Of a stretch of DNA of 64,000 nt, positions 27,001 through 38,517 are shown in pieces. How positions within the stretch are numbered: the stretch's first letter is position 1; the number at the start of each line of letters is the position of its first letter. Source of the DNA: Bilabrum cf. latius (Eukaryota); NCBI GenBank assembly GCA_965178125.1, contig OZ237735.1:2666001-2730000 (forward strand), in the 5' to 3' direction. The notes beneath the pieces are model-generated. The model saw only the letters and a list, made by a program, of their open reading frames with translations. It was not told where the DNA came from and ran no database searches. The position numbers and the translations under genes are program-made.

Positions 27001-30000
27001 ACATCAAGGTTTAAGCTGTGAACGGATGCCGCTACCCGCTAGGACAGCTCGCCCGCGGAGCCAGCGATCGGTGTGGTTCTGTGCACAAGCTGCACGCCCT
27101 CCGCTGCTAGCGTCGAGACAGTTGGGACCTCCAGCGGGATGATGCAATGCATGTTTGGTTGAGGCATTGCATCTCCACCTCTCAACGGTACAGCGGCGTT
27201 CGATCCAAGCGATTCGATCGAAGTAGATGCTTGGTTTGGAGCAGGGCATACGTGCTCTTTTCGAACCGTGTGCCGCAGCACCTCGCCTTCGGCGATAGCA
27301 CGAGTCTGCAGCTCAAACCGTTCTACCAACAATGCTTGTGCAGACACACCTGCAGTGACAGCCCGAGACGAATGCAGCGACGTTTGATCTGGTTTCTCAG
27401 CTGACCCAGCTCTGCCCTGGATCGGCACCTCTGGTATTGATGCGAAGGCCTCTTGCACAGCAAAGGAGACGTGTTTTGTGGAGGAATGGAGCGCGCTGGC
27501 CGCCCCGGCAACTGCAAGCACACCCTCAGGCGACACTCCGACCGACACCAAGCCGGCATGCGCGATGCGAGAATGAGAGAGTTTCTGCTAGGAAGTCAGC
27601 CGAGGTGCCACAACTCGTGCCATGGGTGTTGCGGCAGAAGCTTGGACCTACCGCACCGCAGCGCGCAGCAGCTGCTCCGCAGCGTAGTGCGCAGGGGCCT
27701 GGAACCCAAACCCATCCTCGCTCAATTCTGAGCTTCGTGCCATGGTCTCGCTGCCTAAGCGCCAAATGCTTCTTTCAGCTGTGCCGTACTCGGCAGCGGC
27801 TGCAGTCCCTGCGTTCTCTGCTGACGGCAGCACCAGGTGCCTGCGGTCCTGCGGCATAGCCGGCAGCGCCAGCGGTGACCAAGGAGACACTGCCAACAGG
27901 GAGCGCGACCAGAGCGACGGCTTGGTGGCCAGAGCCAGCCGGCTCATGCTGACTGTGGCGCTGGGTCGAGGCGGGGGTGGCTTCTGGTGCGCGCGTACAG
28001 ACTGGACCACGAACAGCGAGTTGCTTGTTGGTGCAGTTCTCAAGACCCGGGAAACAAATCGGTTCGGATCAGTGGCTCTAGCCGTGGGTACGATCACAGG
28101 GGGAAGGCGAGATTTCGTCCGGGACTACAGTGTGACTCTGCCTGCCTCTGAGTCAACAAGCGACGGCGGGATGCTGACAGTATCCCCTGCAGTTTGGACC
28201 TCCGTGCCAGGCACACGCACCTGCTGACCTGCGAGCACTCTGTTGTAGTCCGGAGTCTACCGAATGTAACCTGAGGCTGCGCTGCCAGTTTGGCTACCTC
28301 CTGCCTCCGATCCGTCCGGTGAGCTGCCTGCCACGATACCGTCCGACTGACTGTCCTCAGGATCATCGAAATCCTCAAAATCCTCGAAATCCTCGAAATC
28401 CTCCCACTCCTGCTCATCGGTGCCGGCACCGTACGCACCGTCATCTCCAAGCCGCTCAACAATTCCCGCCGCGCGAGCCTCGTCTGGCCCAACGCTGCCC
28501 AACTCCCGGATCGCAGGCATGTTGCCAATGGCTTGCGCAAACCTGTCGTGGGGCGTTTGCCCCGCCGGTGAGGTAGTCTGCCCCGGAGGTGTCGTTCGTT
28601 TAATCTGCTGAGCCCGCTTGCCTGGCCACTGAGCGACGACTCGCTCCGCTGGTGAGATCGTACCCACTCTGGCTGTTGCATGCGGCAGCTCACCGGCCGC
28701 ATCAGTAGAATTTCCACGGCTTGGCGCCAAGTCCACTGCGCTGGGTCCACTCATTGACAAAAGCAGGTCCTTCGATTGAGATGCAGCCCAGTTCGCCGCA
28801 GCTGCTGCATTCAGGCGTTTCACCGCCTTTGCTGCGCGAGCCCTACGCGCTGACAGGGATTTCAGCTTGGAGAGCACTGAGCCGATGGGCCTCTGCGTGC
28901 GAGGGAGGCCATCGGCCGGCACGGAGTGAATCTGTCCGATTCGGGGTACTCGCCGCAGCGGCAGCCGCTCGGTCGGCGCGCCATCTGCAGTGCACCACTC
29001 CTCCCGTAGCTACAGAAGTGGGACGTGGACGGACGCAAGGCTCGCGCAAGCCAAGGCAAGTGACCCGTGAAAGGCCTCTTCGGAACCGTATGAATCGAAT
29101 GAGGCCTAGGCAACCAGCCTGTCCATGGCCTGCTGCACGGCAGCATCCAACGGTGGTTCCCTGTGCGGCTGGGATTCATGCTTCATGGAGGAATCGGGGC
29201 CTCCACGATCGACATACGAAGACGGCCCGGGCAAGAAGCCCTGGCCTGACGAGTAAATCGACGTCGAGGCCGCGTTGGTGCTATGCCTGGAATCGTGACC
29301 CCCGCTGCCCTGACGACTGCTGTAGTCCGTCCCACTGCCCGCACCATGCCTGTGATGCTCCCTGGCAGGATGACTAGTGAGCTGAAGCATGTTGAGAACT
29401 GCCCCGACTGCTTGTATCCGCAGCGCGGTGTCGCAGCCCTTGGGCAGCCTGTGGTGGTTCGACACCAGCTGTCCCCCGAGGGCACCCGAGGCCACTGCTA
29501 GGAACTGCTTTCCTCCGTCGAGCCGCAGAAGGCCTCCAAGAGATGCCACCCTTGCCTAGATTCTGAAAGCAGCCCGCCGGGCCGATTCATTTGCAAGCGC
29601 AACTGGAAGAGACTGCTCGCTAGGGGCGCTGGGCGACCGCAAGGCGCTGTGCAACCGAGCCGGCTTGCTGTCTTGCTTGTAGCACGCTTCGTCCACACGC
29701 GCCCGCACCTGGAGCTGAACCTGCGGGGCCAGCTGCCACGGACTTACGCGCTAGCAGCTGAACGCAACGCTGGGCTCGAAGGCTAGTCCGCGCACAGGTC
29801 GGGCAAAGCGGCTCCCAGCGACGGGCGCGGCACACGGCCGCATTCTCTGCATCAGCGACGCGGATGCCTCTGGCATGCCGTCTATCCTGGACCCGATGGT
29901 TTCAACCAATTCGATCTCCTCCGAGGCACCCCACCGCACGGAGCCTCCAAGTCGGCGAAACACGGCGTCCTGCGTGTCGGGCTGCACCGCGATGCTTCCA

Positions 30001-33000
30001 CCAGTCACTGACCAGCGCACAGCTCGCAAGTCGTCGTGGTGCATCCAGTGGTCTCGATCGGCGCTGGATCCGGTGCGCTGTGCGGCAGCAGCCTTGCTTG
30101 CAAGCGATCTGGCTGCCGCAACTGTTGGGATGCTGTGGGTCCGACCGTCGCTCGGTTGGGGTAGCTGCTAGACGCTCATGCTTGGAGGTAGGGATACTGT
30201 GAAGCTGCTCTTGGCCACAGCGTGCGGCACCAGTTCCTCCTCAAGGCAATCGCACCTATTCATGGACACGGGGACACCGGTCGTGCGAATGCCAGATCGA
30301 GCCCCGGCTAGGTCACCGGTACCCAGCGGCAGTCTGCAGGCAGCTCGCCACACGCGACGGATTTCGTACACGGTCACGTGCACAGGCTCTATTGCCGAGA
30401 CGGAGAACAGGGGCAGCTACACCTACATTGATCCAGCTGCTTGGAAGCCGTCTCTTGCGAATACGGTTGTAGCCGGCTGTCGCACGCGCTGCCCGCCGCT
30501 CGTCCCATCCAAGCTATCATCGCAAGCCACGGCAGGCACCACGCCCGTGCAGCAATCCACCCGTGCAATAGCACGGCTGGCATCGCTCCCCGCAGCCTTG
30601 CCCGGGCTACCAGCCGCGGAATTACTGCCACCGCCGAGTGGAATGCCCGAGACAGCCGGCTGGGTGAGTCCCCCAGATCTGGTGGAAGGGTCCAGCACAG
30701 GGGAGCGGTATGTTCTCCCGCAATGCGAGACCACCACAACCACACCGGCTGTTTGCTGGTCCACTGCGACCAGTTCTCCCGGAGAAAAATCCGCCAGGAC
30801 GAGCCTCACGGTGTCAAAGTGGTCTTCGGAGGAGAGCGCGGACCTGCCGGCATGATCCAGCTAGGCCACTGCGCTCAAGCCTGCCACGCTGCAGCCGCAA
30901 GCGGACCGGTACGCACTCTCAGACCCAGCCGCAGACGACGAGCTTACCTTCCCAGGGTCCAGAATGTGCGGCTCCCACCCGCCGGATGCGCCGGGCTGTG
31001 CCCCGAGCGTCGGCCCCGAGGTTCCGGTCGATGAGGCACTGTCCGACCTGCCGTGCGTCCCTGGCCCTGGTGGACCAGGGCTGCTGGCATCGAGATCATC
31101 GGTGGGGCTGCTATCACCGCCCCCGAACCACCAAAATCCTCGGTTTTCTGCCTTGGGCTTATCCTTTCCTTTGGCGATCGCAGCCAAGGTTCCAAGAAGC
31201 CCCGCCTGCTTGAGCCAGTCGGTCCACATGTCTGCTGCCTGGATCGAGCCACCCGCCGGGCTGCTGCCAGTGGCCACCGACATCCCAGTATCTGACAATT
31301 CGACGGAGGGAGACAGCTGCTGCACAATTGAACTCAGACTACTGGAGGGGCCCTTTCGGCGCACGCTCGCCAGGGCCCCGCCAAGCATCCAGTGCAAGGG
31401 GTGCCGCGGCGACTCTGGCCCTCCAATAGCCCTGGAGCTGTTGCCGGCCAGTGGTCGAGGTACCGACTCTGGGGACATGATCAGGTCTTCGAGGTTGACC
31501 TGCAGGGCGCCAATCGGAGCCTTTCGTGAGGCAGCCGAGACCCTGGCGTCGGCCTGCCTCCAAGTCATGAGCGCCTGCAGCACAGTTGCGACCTGCGGGG
31601 AGGTGACCATAGCCCTCACTTGGCCCACGTCCAACGTGTACGAGGTAGAGCTGCAGACCATGACGTCGGCTCCAGTCCAGGCCTATTGACCACTTCTACG
31701 CTATGGACCAGCAGACATCACAGATGCAGGAGAGTACTAAAACATAGCGTCCAAGCCAATGGAAGAGATGAACAACCCCTGGCTATGCAGTGCGCCGGTT
31801 TCGCGAAGGGCTGCACCATCGGCGCCTGCGAGTGACGCGTGAGTCGCGGACAGCAGATCAAGCGTGGCATCTTCTGACCCCAGCTGATTGCTGTTCGCCA
31901 GTGCTGCGCCAGGTAATCTGGATCCCCGTCTCTGCGGCTTGGATGCCACTCCCGCGCGGCCGTCTGCTGGTGCTGCCTCATGAACGTAGCGAGACCCGCG
32001 GTTGCTGCGCTTCAACCCGTCCCGAGAGCTGTACTGCGCTTGTACGGAAGTATCTCCAACCGTCTCAGACTCGCTGGAGCCTGGAGGAGCCGGAATGGAC
32101 ACTCTGACAGGGTCAGCGCCAAGGCTCAGCTGCACCTGGTCCTGCTGAATTGCGGTGCGGAGGCGGACGGCCCGAGTCCTGAGAACGATCTCAAATCCCC
32201 GGTGCACGGCAGGACCAGGCAATCCGCTCTCGACGAATAGGCGGTTCGACCGCTTTGCCTTGCGCGCCAGGTACCGCCGCTCCGCTCGCGCTGCTGCATC
32301 AGTCCCTCCCGTGTTCGCGCTGCCAGTCCCACTGAGTATCGTCTTGCCCTCCAAAACAGACGTCCCCTCGTCGAGTGCCACGCCCGGGGGCAAATTCGGC
32401 GACAAACCTCCAGCGCTTCGCGCGTTGCTTCGGCCGTCTCGCAGAATGGAGTCGCGCCACAACTGCGGGTTTATGCCACGAGATCGGCGTGACCGCACCG
32501 CCCGCCTGGTGTCGTGCAGCATACCAGAAATGCCGCGGTCGTGGCCTCCAATGCCCCGTCGAAGCAGGCCCTCGCCAGACTTTCTCGAAAGATGCTTCGG
32601 ACCCTGCTCGTCTCCGACATTTTGCATGCTTTCCTGCTTGACGGGGTCCTCGAATGGGACGTCACCCACCTGGTCCCGCACTGGCACCCTCACTTCGAGC
32701 CGATCGAGCTGCACGTTGAACTCATACCTTGTGGGAGACTCGCCGAAAACAGCGCGATGCAGGGTGGACACCCCAGGCAAACTGTGTCCCGAGCCCTCCC
32801 TTCCGAACTGCACTGCTCCGTGCGTGCCTGGTGGCGCTGGGCGAGCCTGAAATACTTCCGAGCTGCATGCTGCCTTCACGTTCCGTCCCTCCCACACAGG
32901 GCCCGCTGTTTCCAGCTCCTACGAGGTGCACTGCAAGGAGGATGACCCGAACAGATTGAAATAGAAATGCTGCAGCCCGGCTATAGTCTCAGCTGTGGCT

Positions 33001-36000
33001 GTAATCGATGGCTTCTGAAGCCGCAGCCCGAGCTTCATGATGTCCTCAGTGTGCAGCTGAGTGCGAGACCCGTACTGGTATCGACCGTGCAGCAGCAATG
33101 AGTCAAAGCATCCAAGTCGCAGCACCAAGCTTCCGAGCCCAGAGGGATCTACAGCAAGCTCAGCCCGGCGAGCGTCGGCCAAGATTGAGGTGGGGTGGTG
33201 GGATGGCAGCGACAGCAGCCAATCGCAAGGCCTGGCACCGCTGCTGTCGGTGCCATTGTGAGACACACCAAGCCGTCCCCTGCTACCTTGCCGGGCAGCA
33301 ATCCCACGGAACCCGTCGGCTTGCACACGCTGCCCAAAACCAGTCCACAGCGGTCTTACCGTTCCGCCCGTCATTCCAATAGATTCGTTCTGCTACACGA
33401 GGGCTTGCAGCCAGTCCGCGTTCCCGCCTGTTTCACCAAGGGCAAAGTCGAAGAGAACGGAACCTTCTGGTGACCCCTGCAGCTGGTCGTCGAATCCCAC
33501 CCTGATGCCGGCAGTCGGAGCCTGGAGCACCGACAGTGCCTCGTGGCTCAGGTCCCCCGGCATGTCGACGACATGGTCCGGCTCTGCGCTGGTGGCTAGC
33601 AGCAGGTTAGGCAACTCAACGCTAGTCAGTGAGCTGTACGGCTTGCTGAATCGGGGTGCCCATGGCCCGCGCTGCATTAGACCTTGTTGCGCGGCTGACA
33701 TCCACGACCGGGTGGCAGGTCGGTTGAAGTCGCGCGAAAGCGACTGAAACAGCGCGATGTCATCCTGACCGAGGTGAAGTGTGGCGTTTGGCAAGCGCAC
33801 TGCCGTCTACATCTTCATTGCAGCGCCACAAATTGGGTATGCCGCAGGAGTTTGCATCGATGTCACCACATCAAGCCCGTCTGCTCGAATCACCGCGGGT
33901 CTGGTCTCGTTGCTCGTAGCGATCCTCACCTGACCTGCTACCACGTGAGTGCGCATCAGACCCGGAGAAGTCTCCAACAGATACAAGTTGCCGGGCTGCA
34001 CCTAGCCAGCCGAAGTGACGGTGCGATCTTTGGCCCCCTAGCCCCCCGCATGCACCTCGACCGGAGATGCCGCCAGTGGTGGGGGCGAGCTCGTGGTCAC
34101 GACTCGGAGCGAAATGCCGTCGACACCGTTGAGCGGCCAAACATCGAGCTGGAGCCACGCTGGTTCGCCACCGGACGCCACGGCCTCTTCCATCGGCCCA
34201 TGCTGCCGCATGCCCTCCAATGCAGCCCTCAGCTATGCAGACAGGGCAGCTGCCTTCCTCCGTAGCTTTTCCTGCAAACTGGCGCCGCCCCGCAGCCCGT
34301 CTGTAGAGCGGGTGTCGTGCTAGCGATTCGCACGGGAGCTGGGAGCAGTACTGGCAGCGGTCCCGCCGCTCCCAGCAGACGGAGCGAAGTCTCGCTCGGG
34401 AGCTGCCTGCGCAAGTGGTCTCCCAACCGACTGCCGCGCTCTGCTCTTGCCAGCTACTGCTGCATCGGAAGCAACTAGGGCATCGTTCCGCTCGCCATAC
34501 CCTGGACCCGCCGCTGTGGCTGCTGCTGCGGAGAGGGAGGATCTGCCGGACACATCGCAAGTGAAAGGTACCCTCAGCTGGATTTTGCCTATGGCCTGTA
34601 CCACGATGCAGCTCGCTGCCGAGCGCAGCAACCGAGCTCGGTTCAGAGGGCCAGACCTGTCGCCATCTGCCGGCTGCCAAGCGCTGATACGGGGTGCATC
34701 TCCGCGACTCGCTGCAAGCCCGTCCACCAGCAGCTGGTGCTCCGACTGGAGGGCGGCTGCACCAGACACGGTGGCGCCCACCCCAGCGGTTTGCTCTCTT
34801 TCCACTGACTCCGCCAGCTTGCGGGCGGCATCCGCGAACGCAAGCGCAGCACCGAAGTCGGTCGCATAGTCCTTCAAGGGGTCAAAGTACGTCTGTAGCC
34901 GCGTTCTCTGGCGATCGTGCCAGGGGCCGTAGTTCACAGTGACGCCGTCGCCTGGGCTAGCTGCTTCCCGCGCGGCACTCTCAGTCCCAGTGCCAAGGTC
35001 TGCCCTGCTGCCTGACCCAAGGTCGGAGAGCTCGATTACCACAGCTGTTCGGAGCAAGGCCTGAGACGCCATCACGCTGTAACTGCGGGGTACTGCCCTA
35101 TTGCTCGTAGAGTCGGATGCGAACGAGCTCTTGCCGCGGAACAGTTTCTCAAACTGACCATACTCCAGCGGCTAGTCCTCGGCAAAGTACTGCTGGCAGT
35201 ACGTGACCTTCACTGCGGGCGCAGATATCATCGGGGCCTCGGGCCTCAGCGCCGCTGGATTCCCCTCCGAGTACGGTGGCACGGAAGTCAGGTCCCTGCC
35301 TGCCTCTGCGAGCAAGACAGCCCGTCGATCTGAGGACAGGTTGCGGGGGTCATACCCGGTGAGCTCTTGGTCTTGCGCCGCGCCGGTTCCGGTTCCGCCC
35401 CCCTGTCTTTGTCTACCAGCAGCGCCGCGACGGCTAGATCCGCTTGCAGAGCTACCAATGGGCTGCCTACCGCTTCGGTCTGCGTCCAACTCGCGATCGC
35501 TAGTCATGCCAGACTTCCCGTTGGAAGCATCCTCAACATCCCCGTTCTCTCCCAATACCGACTCTTCCTGGCTGCCGTGGAAACTCTGCTCGTCATCGCT
35601 GTCACTCGCGTCAGGATCATTGTCGTCTTGACTTCCGTCACGCTACCCTGCTTTGGTGTCAAGCCCGCGCCTTACTTGCTGGTAGGTCTTGGTCGGAGCG
35701 TTTGTGTAGAGCGAGGCAAACCAGGCCGACTCGGGACAGAAGCAGGGTTGCAGCAGGTAAAACAGCCCGCAGAAGCCTTTGCAGCAGCAGTAGCAGTAGC
35801 AGCCGCAGCAACATCGGCAGCAGCAGCTGCAGCAGCATATGAAAGAAATGATGCTTTCCAGTGCCCGCCGCATGGCTTCATCCCCCCGCAGATCAGACCT
35901 CTTGGATGATCCGCCCGAATGCGCACCACTGCCGGGGGCGTCCCCCGTGATGGCAGCCCGAGGCAGAAATCCAGACCCGGCGCTGCGCGTCGGCAGCATC

Positions 36001-38255
36001 TATGCCACCACGCGCGTGAGCCGCGCTGTGACCTGCATGGTACGAACTGCGGGCGGTTGCTCGGGCAAAGACACCTCCTTGAGGGGCCCCTCCTCGTCCC
36101 TTTCCCTGCCCATGCACGGCAGCAGCACCTCCACCCATGTGCGCGTTCTATCGCTAGGCCCTAGACCAGAACCTGGCGCAGCCTGGGGTACAGTTCCAGC
36201 CCTTAATCTTCCAGAGCTGGCCCTGCCCCTTGCCGAAGCATCCTCAGGCTCAAAACCGCTGGGTGCCATGGCGGGGGCCGCTGCCCCTCCACCCACCTTG
36301 CCACTGGTACCACCCACCCCCTGGCCCTCTACAGAGGCGCGCCGATCCTGTGGGTGCGATGCGAACTGCGCGCCTCTAGCTCGATCCCGGGCGAGGAGCC
36401 ACGCGGACCCCGGCGCGACCGTTGGTCGAGCAGCCGCGAAGCTCGAAGCCACCACAGAGTCCCGCCCAGTTTTATCGGGTGCCGTCCTCCCGGAATATGA
36501 ATTCACTGTGCTTGATCGACGATCCCTTGCCCCCCCGATCCTGCTATCCTGTCTCTCCGTGTCACCGGCCTTGGTCGGGCCACTTGCAGCGGCTGCAGCA
36601 CCCCCAAAATCGCCTTTGGTCTGGTCCAGCCCGCCAGCCGGACCTGCTCTCCTGCCCATGCTCTTTCGAGGGTTCCCGCCCCCCAACCGTCCGTCGCTCC
36701 CGCTCGAGGACCCGGTGAGATCAAATGAGTATCCGTGGCGAAACGTCTCCTTGTCCTCCTCGACGTCTCCCCACTCGACCACACCACGGTCGAAGCTTAC
36801 GCGCAGGGCCGCCGGGAGCACGTGCGCCCCCACAGTCACAAATCCTCTGTTGATGTTGATCCTCACAGCCCCCAGGAGGACTGTCCCGTCCGCAGGGACA
36901 CCAGCCTGCCCAAACATGGGTCCTCCCTGCCCGCTATCGTACGGCGCTCCGCCCGCGGCCTAGTCTCTGGCCCTGGGGTGCACCGCCGATTGCACCAGCT
37001 ATGCCACTGTGCGCTCGGCTGCCCGCAGCGCAAACTCGACGTCCTTGCGAGCCACAGCGTCCTGCATCGAATGGGCCCGCGCGTCCACGGCTGACAGCGC
37101 CTCGAGGGAGCCCGCGCGCTGCTTGTGCCTGGGGTGGTGGTCGCTGGAGGACGAGCCACGGCCCGACTGCAGCCGCCGGAGGGGCTGGGTTGTTCGCGCA
37201 GATGAAGCCAGCAGTGCTGCGCGTCCTGATTCTCGAGCCAGGATGTTTCTAGAGCTGCCCAGCGTCGCGGCCGAAGGCATCCTCCCCATGGGGGGGGGCA
37301 CCTTGGCGGGGAGGTCGACAGCGGAGGCGGTGCTGGAGGGCAGGCCAGAGGCGGAGGGGGATGGACCAGGGCTGTGGACCCCTGAGCGTCGTCCTCGGAT
37401 GGACGTATTGATCCCGATAGATCCCGAGGGAGACACTTCGTCGCCTGCTGTTTGCAAGCGCGCCGAGGCCGCAGCAGTCGCAGGGTTTGTGCGAGCCACA
37501 TGGTCTACGCCGCGCTGTGCCGCCTCCACCACGCAAGGGGTGCGAGCCGATGCCTGCGGCTGAGCCTGCCAGTTGGATGTCTCCGCAGTGTTGGCATCCA
37601 AGGATGCACCGACGGCTCGCATCGCTTCCTTTCGAGCGGCGCTCCGCTGCAAGTCCGCGAGCTGCCTCAGCTGCTGATACGCCTTTGTGTTGTTCAAGTG
37701 GTACACCCCTAGGCCATGCACATCTACGTCTAGTCTGGGCAATTCCCTTTCCTATAATATTTTCCCCAATTTCCACCAGCGGAGCCAGAGGACAACTTGC
37801 GCAGCCGATACTATGCTGTCTGCCGACGCCAGCGACACCCCTCGCAATGATAGCATACCCATGAATGGTGCAAATGAGGCGTCACTTATGGACAATACTG
37901 CGAATATGATGAAAAGATACATATGTGTCACCTTACTGCGATTTCAGGCAGTATTCTCGGAGAGACGAAGATATAACTTACTATATCCTGGCATGAATAG
38001 GCTGGCTGCTTTCGCCAAGACCCACCCAAAAGCCCTGGGTAGGACTGTAGCTATCACCGTAAGGATAAATCCTAGTATGATTGTCCAAAGGAATACCATC
38101 CACGGAAACGCGATCGAATCGATACCAAACACCCTCTCCAGAAAAGGAGATTCAACCTCGGATGTGACATTCAGCAAGGCAGAGGCGTTCGATGACAGAT
38201 TACCCCTTTCCTATAAGATTGATATAACTGTCTAGACATTGTCTACAAGCGACAT
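12024..38255 (-). CDS. BLTP1: Bridge-like lipid transfer protein BLTP1 (KIAA1109/Tweek/Csf1/LPD-3 family), ~8715 aa; exons 38255-37982 and 37897-12024
   Basis: N-terminal TM helix (WMVFLWTIILGFILTVIATVL), then LSISDASFAPFMGMLSLRGV..LRWWK..PRLDVDVHGLGVYHLNN..AY resembling the KIAA1109/Csf1 N-terminus. Hallmark VNYGPWHDRQRTRLQTYF lies near 34880-34945, and FSFEPVFQQL near 13160. Intron 37981-37898 (GTAAGT..CGCAG) removes an in-frame TGA. More than 30 consecutive minus-strand ORF fragments share one frame; walking the gaps shows only TAG (~63) until TGA at 12024-12026. Small in-frame introns could be missed. Confidence 0.85.
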
Positions 38256-38517
38256 CCTGCCTGATTGGGCGATTGGAATCATCGCTTCAATATTTGATCT
38301 GCAGTGCAACCCGGAAGTGCCATAGTGTCGTCGGATCTGGGGCCTCCCCGGGGGCCCGGGGGCAGTTATTGAGACCACCAGCTATGCAACGAGTGCATGG
38401 CAGAGCATATACTTGTAAGCTTGAAAACGTATTCATACCTGAGTCTAGCCAAAGCACGCACCCCATGCGCTCAAAGTCGCCTCCCAGTCCGGACCCCCGT
38501 GCTCCGTTCTCTCTGCA

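Noticed and set aside
12024-37897. TAGs removed by many tiny introns, or many separate small genes
   Set aside because: The frame never shifts over 25.9 kb, the gaps translate as plausible protein, and real introns here have clear GTRAG..CAG ends that the TAG sites lack.
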